Part shown: positions 63,123 to 64,000 of the stretch, one piece after another
Numbering within the stretch: the stretch's first letter is position 1
Layout of the letters: every line of letters starts with the position of its first letter
From: Eledone cirrhosa
Lineage: Eukaryota
DNA: 64,000 nucleotides
Direction: 5' to 3'
NCBI GenBank assembly: GCA_964016885.1
Contig: OZ024741.1
Location: forward strand, 410,936,001-411,000,000
The notes under the pieces: generated by a model
Databases searched by the model: none
Told to the model about the DNA's origin: nothing
Seen by the model: only the letters and a program-made list of their open reading frames with translations
Made by a program: the position numbers and the translations under genes

Positions 63123-64000
63123 GTTCCATGGAGGTTTTAAAGGATGCAGTGTCTCGACAGCTAACAACTGATGCAGGTAGTTTGTTCCATGGAGGTTTTA
63201 AAGGATGCAGTGTCTTGACAGCTAATAACTGATGCAGGTAGTTTGTTCCATGGAGGTTTTAAAGGATGCAGTGTCTCGACAGCTAACAACTGATGCAGGT
63301 AGTTTGGCCCATGGAGGTTTTAAAGGATGCAGTGTCTCGACAGCTAGCAACTGATGCAGGTAGTTTGTTCCATGGAGGTTTTAAAGGATGCAGTGTTTCG
63401 ACACCTAACAACTGATGCAGGTAGTTTGTTCCATGGAGGTTTTAAAGGATGCAGTGTCTCGACAGCTAACAACTGATGCAGGTAGTTTGTTCCATGGAGG
63501 TTTTAAAGGATGCAGTGTCTCGACAGCTAACAACTGATGCATTTAGTTTGTTCCATGGAGGTTTTAAAGGATGCAGTGTCTCGACAGCTAACAACTGATG
63601 CAGGTAGTTTGTTCCATGGAGGGTTTAAAGGATGCAGTGTCTCGACAGCTAACAACTGATGCAGGTAGTTTGTTCCATGGAGGTTTTAAAGGATGCAGTG
63701 TCTCGACAGCTAACAACTGATGCAGGTAGTTTGTTCCATGGAGGTTTTAAAGTATGCAGTGTCTCGACAGCTAACAACTGATGCAGGTAGTTTGTTCCAT
63801 GGAGGTTTTAAAGGATGCAGTGTTTCGACAGCTAACAACTGATGCAGGTAGTTTGTTCCATGGAGGTTTTAAAGGATGCAGTGTCTTGACAGCTAATAAC
63901 TGATGCAGGTAGTTTGTTCCATGGAGGTTTTAAAGGATGCAGTGTCTAGACAGCTAATAACTGATGCAGGTAGTTTGTTCCATGGAGGTTTTAAAGGATG

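Larger units (their letters stand above)
1..64000. repeat. 61-bp tandem satellite array, about 1,049 monomers, single orientation, running off both ends of the window
   Basis: The pattern shifts by one base per 60-nt line. Monomer starts fall at 1, 3661, 7321, 10981, 14641, 18301 (60x61 = 3660), then at 22021, 25681 ... 58621 after a 1-bp deletion. No non-repeat sequence was seen. Confidence 0.99.

Noticed and set aside
1-64000. CRISPR array
   Set aside because: There are no unique spacers, no leader and no cas genes; the whole unit is repeated.
1-64000. Artefactual rolling-circle or PCR concatemer
   Set aside because: Variants recur in ordered, nested multi-kb blocks, which random errors on one template would not produce. 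Individual duplications could still be assembly errors.
1-64000. Telomeric repeat or G-quadruplex array
   Set aside because: There is no TTAGGG-like unit, and the consensus has no runs of three or more G.

Overview
The whole 64 kb window is one uninterrupted head-to-tail tandem array (satellite DNA) of a 61-bp monomer, about 1,049 copies, about 44% GC. The consensus is TTTTAAAGGATGCAGTGTCTCGACAGCTAACAACTGATGCAGGTAGTTTGTTCCATGGAGG. Monomers usually differ from the consensus by 0-3 substitutions. I saw no inversions, no non-repeat insertions and only three 1-bp indels. No credible genes, RNA genes, transposons or CRISPR arrays are present; the five listed ORFs are artefacts of two of those indels. 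The information lies in how the variants are arranged. Rare variants reveal nested block duplications at exact multiples of 61 bp (3, 12, 22, 24, 35, 40, 45/48, 58, 76/77, 231 and 290 monomers). An ordered variant cassette recurs at irregular spacing, and the left, middle and right parts of the window use different variant sets. This resembles a young, actively expanding eukaryotic satellite, possibly centromeric or subtelomeric. I do not recognise the family or organism, and function cannot be determined from sequence alone. All offsets were counted by hand from marker variants, so block boundaries are approximate.
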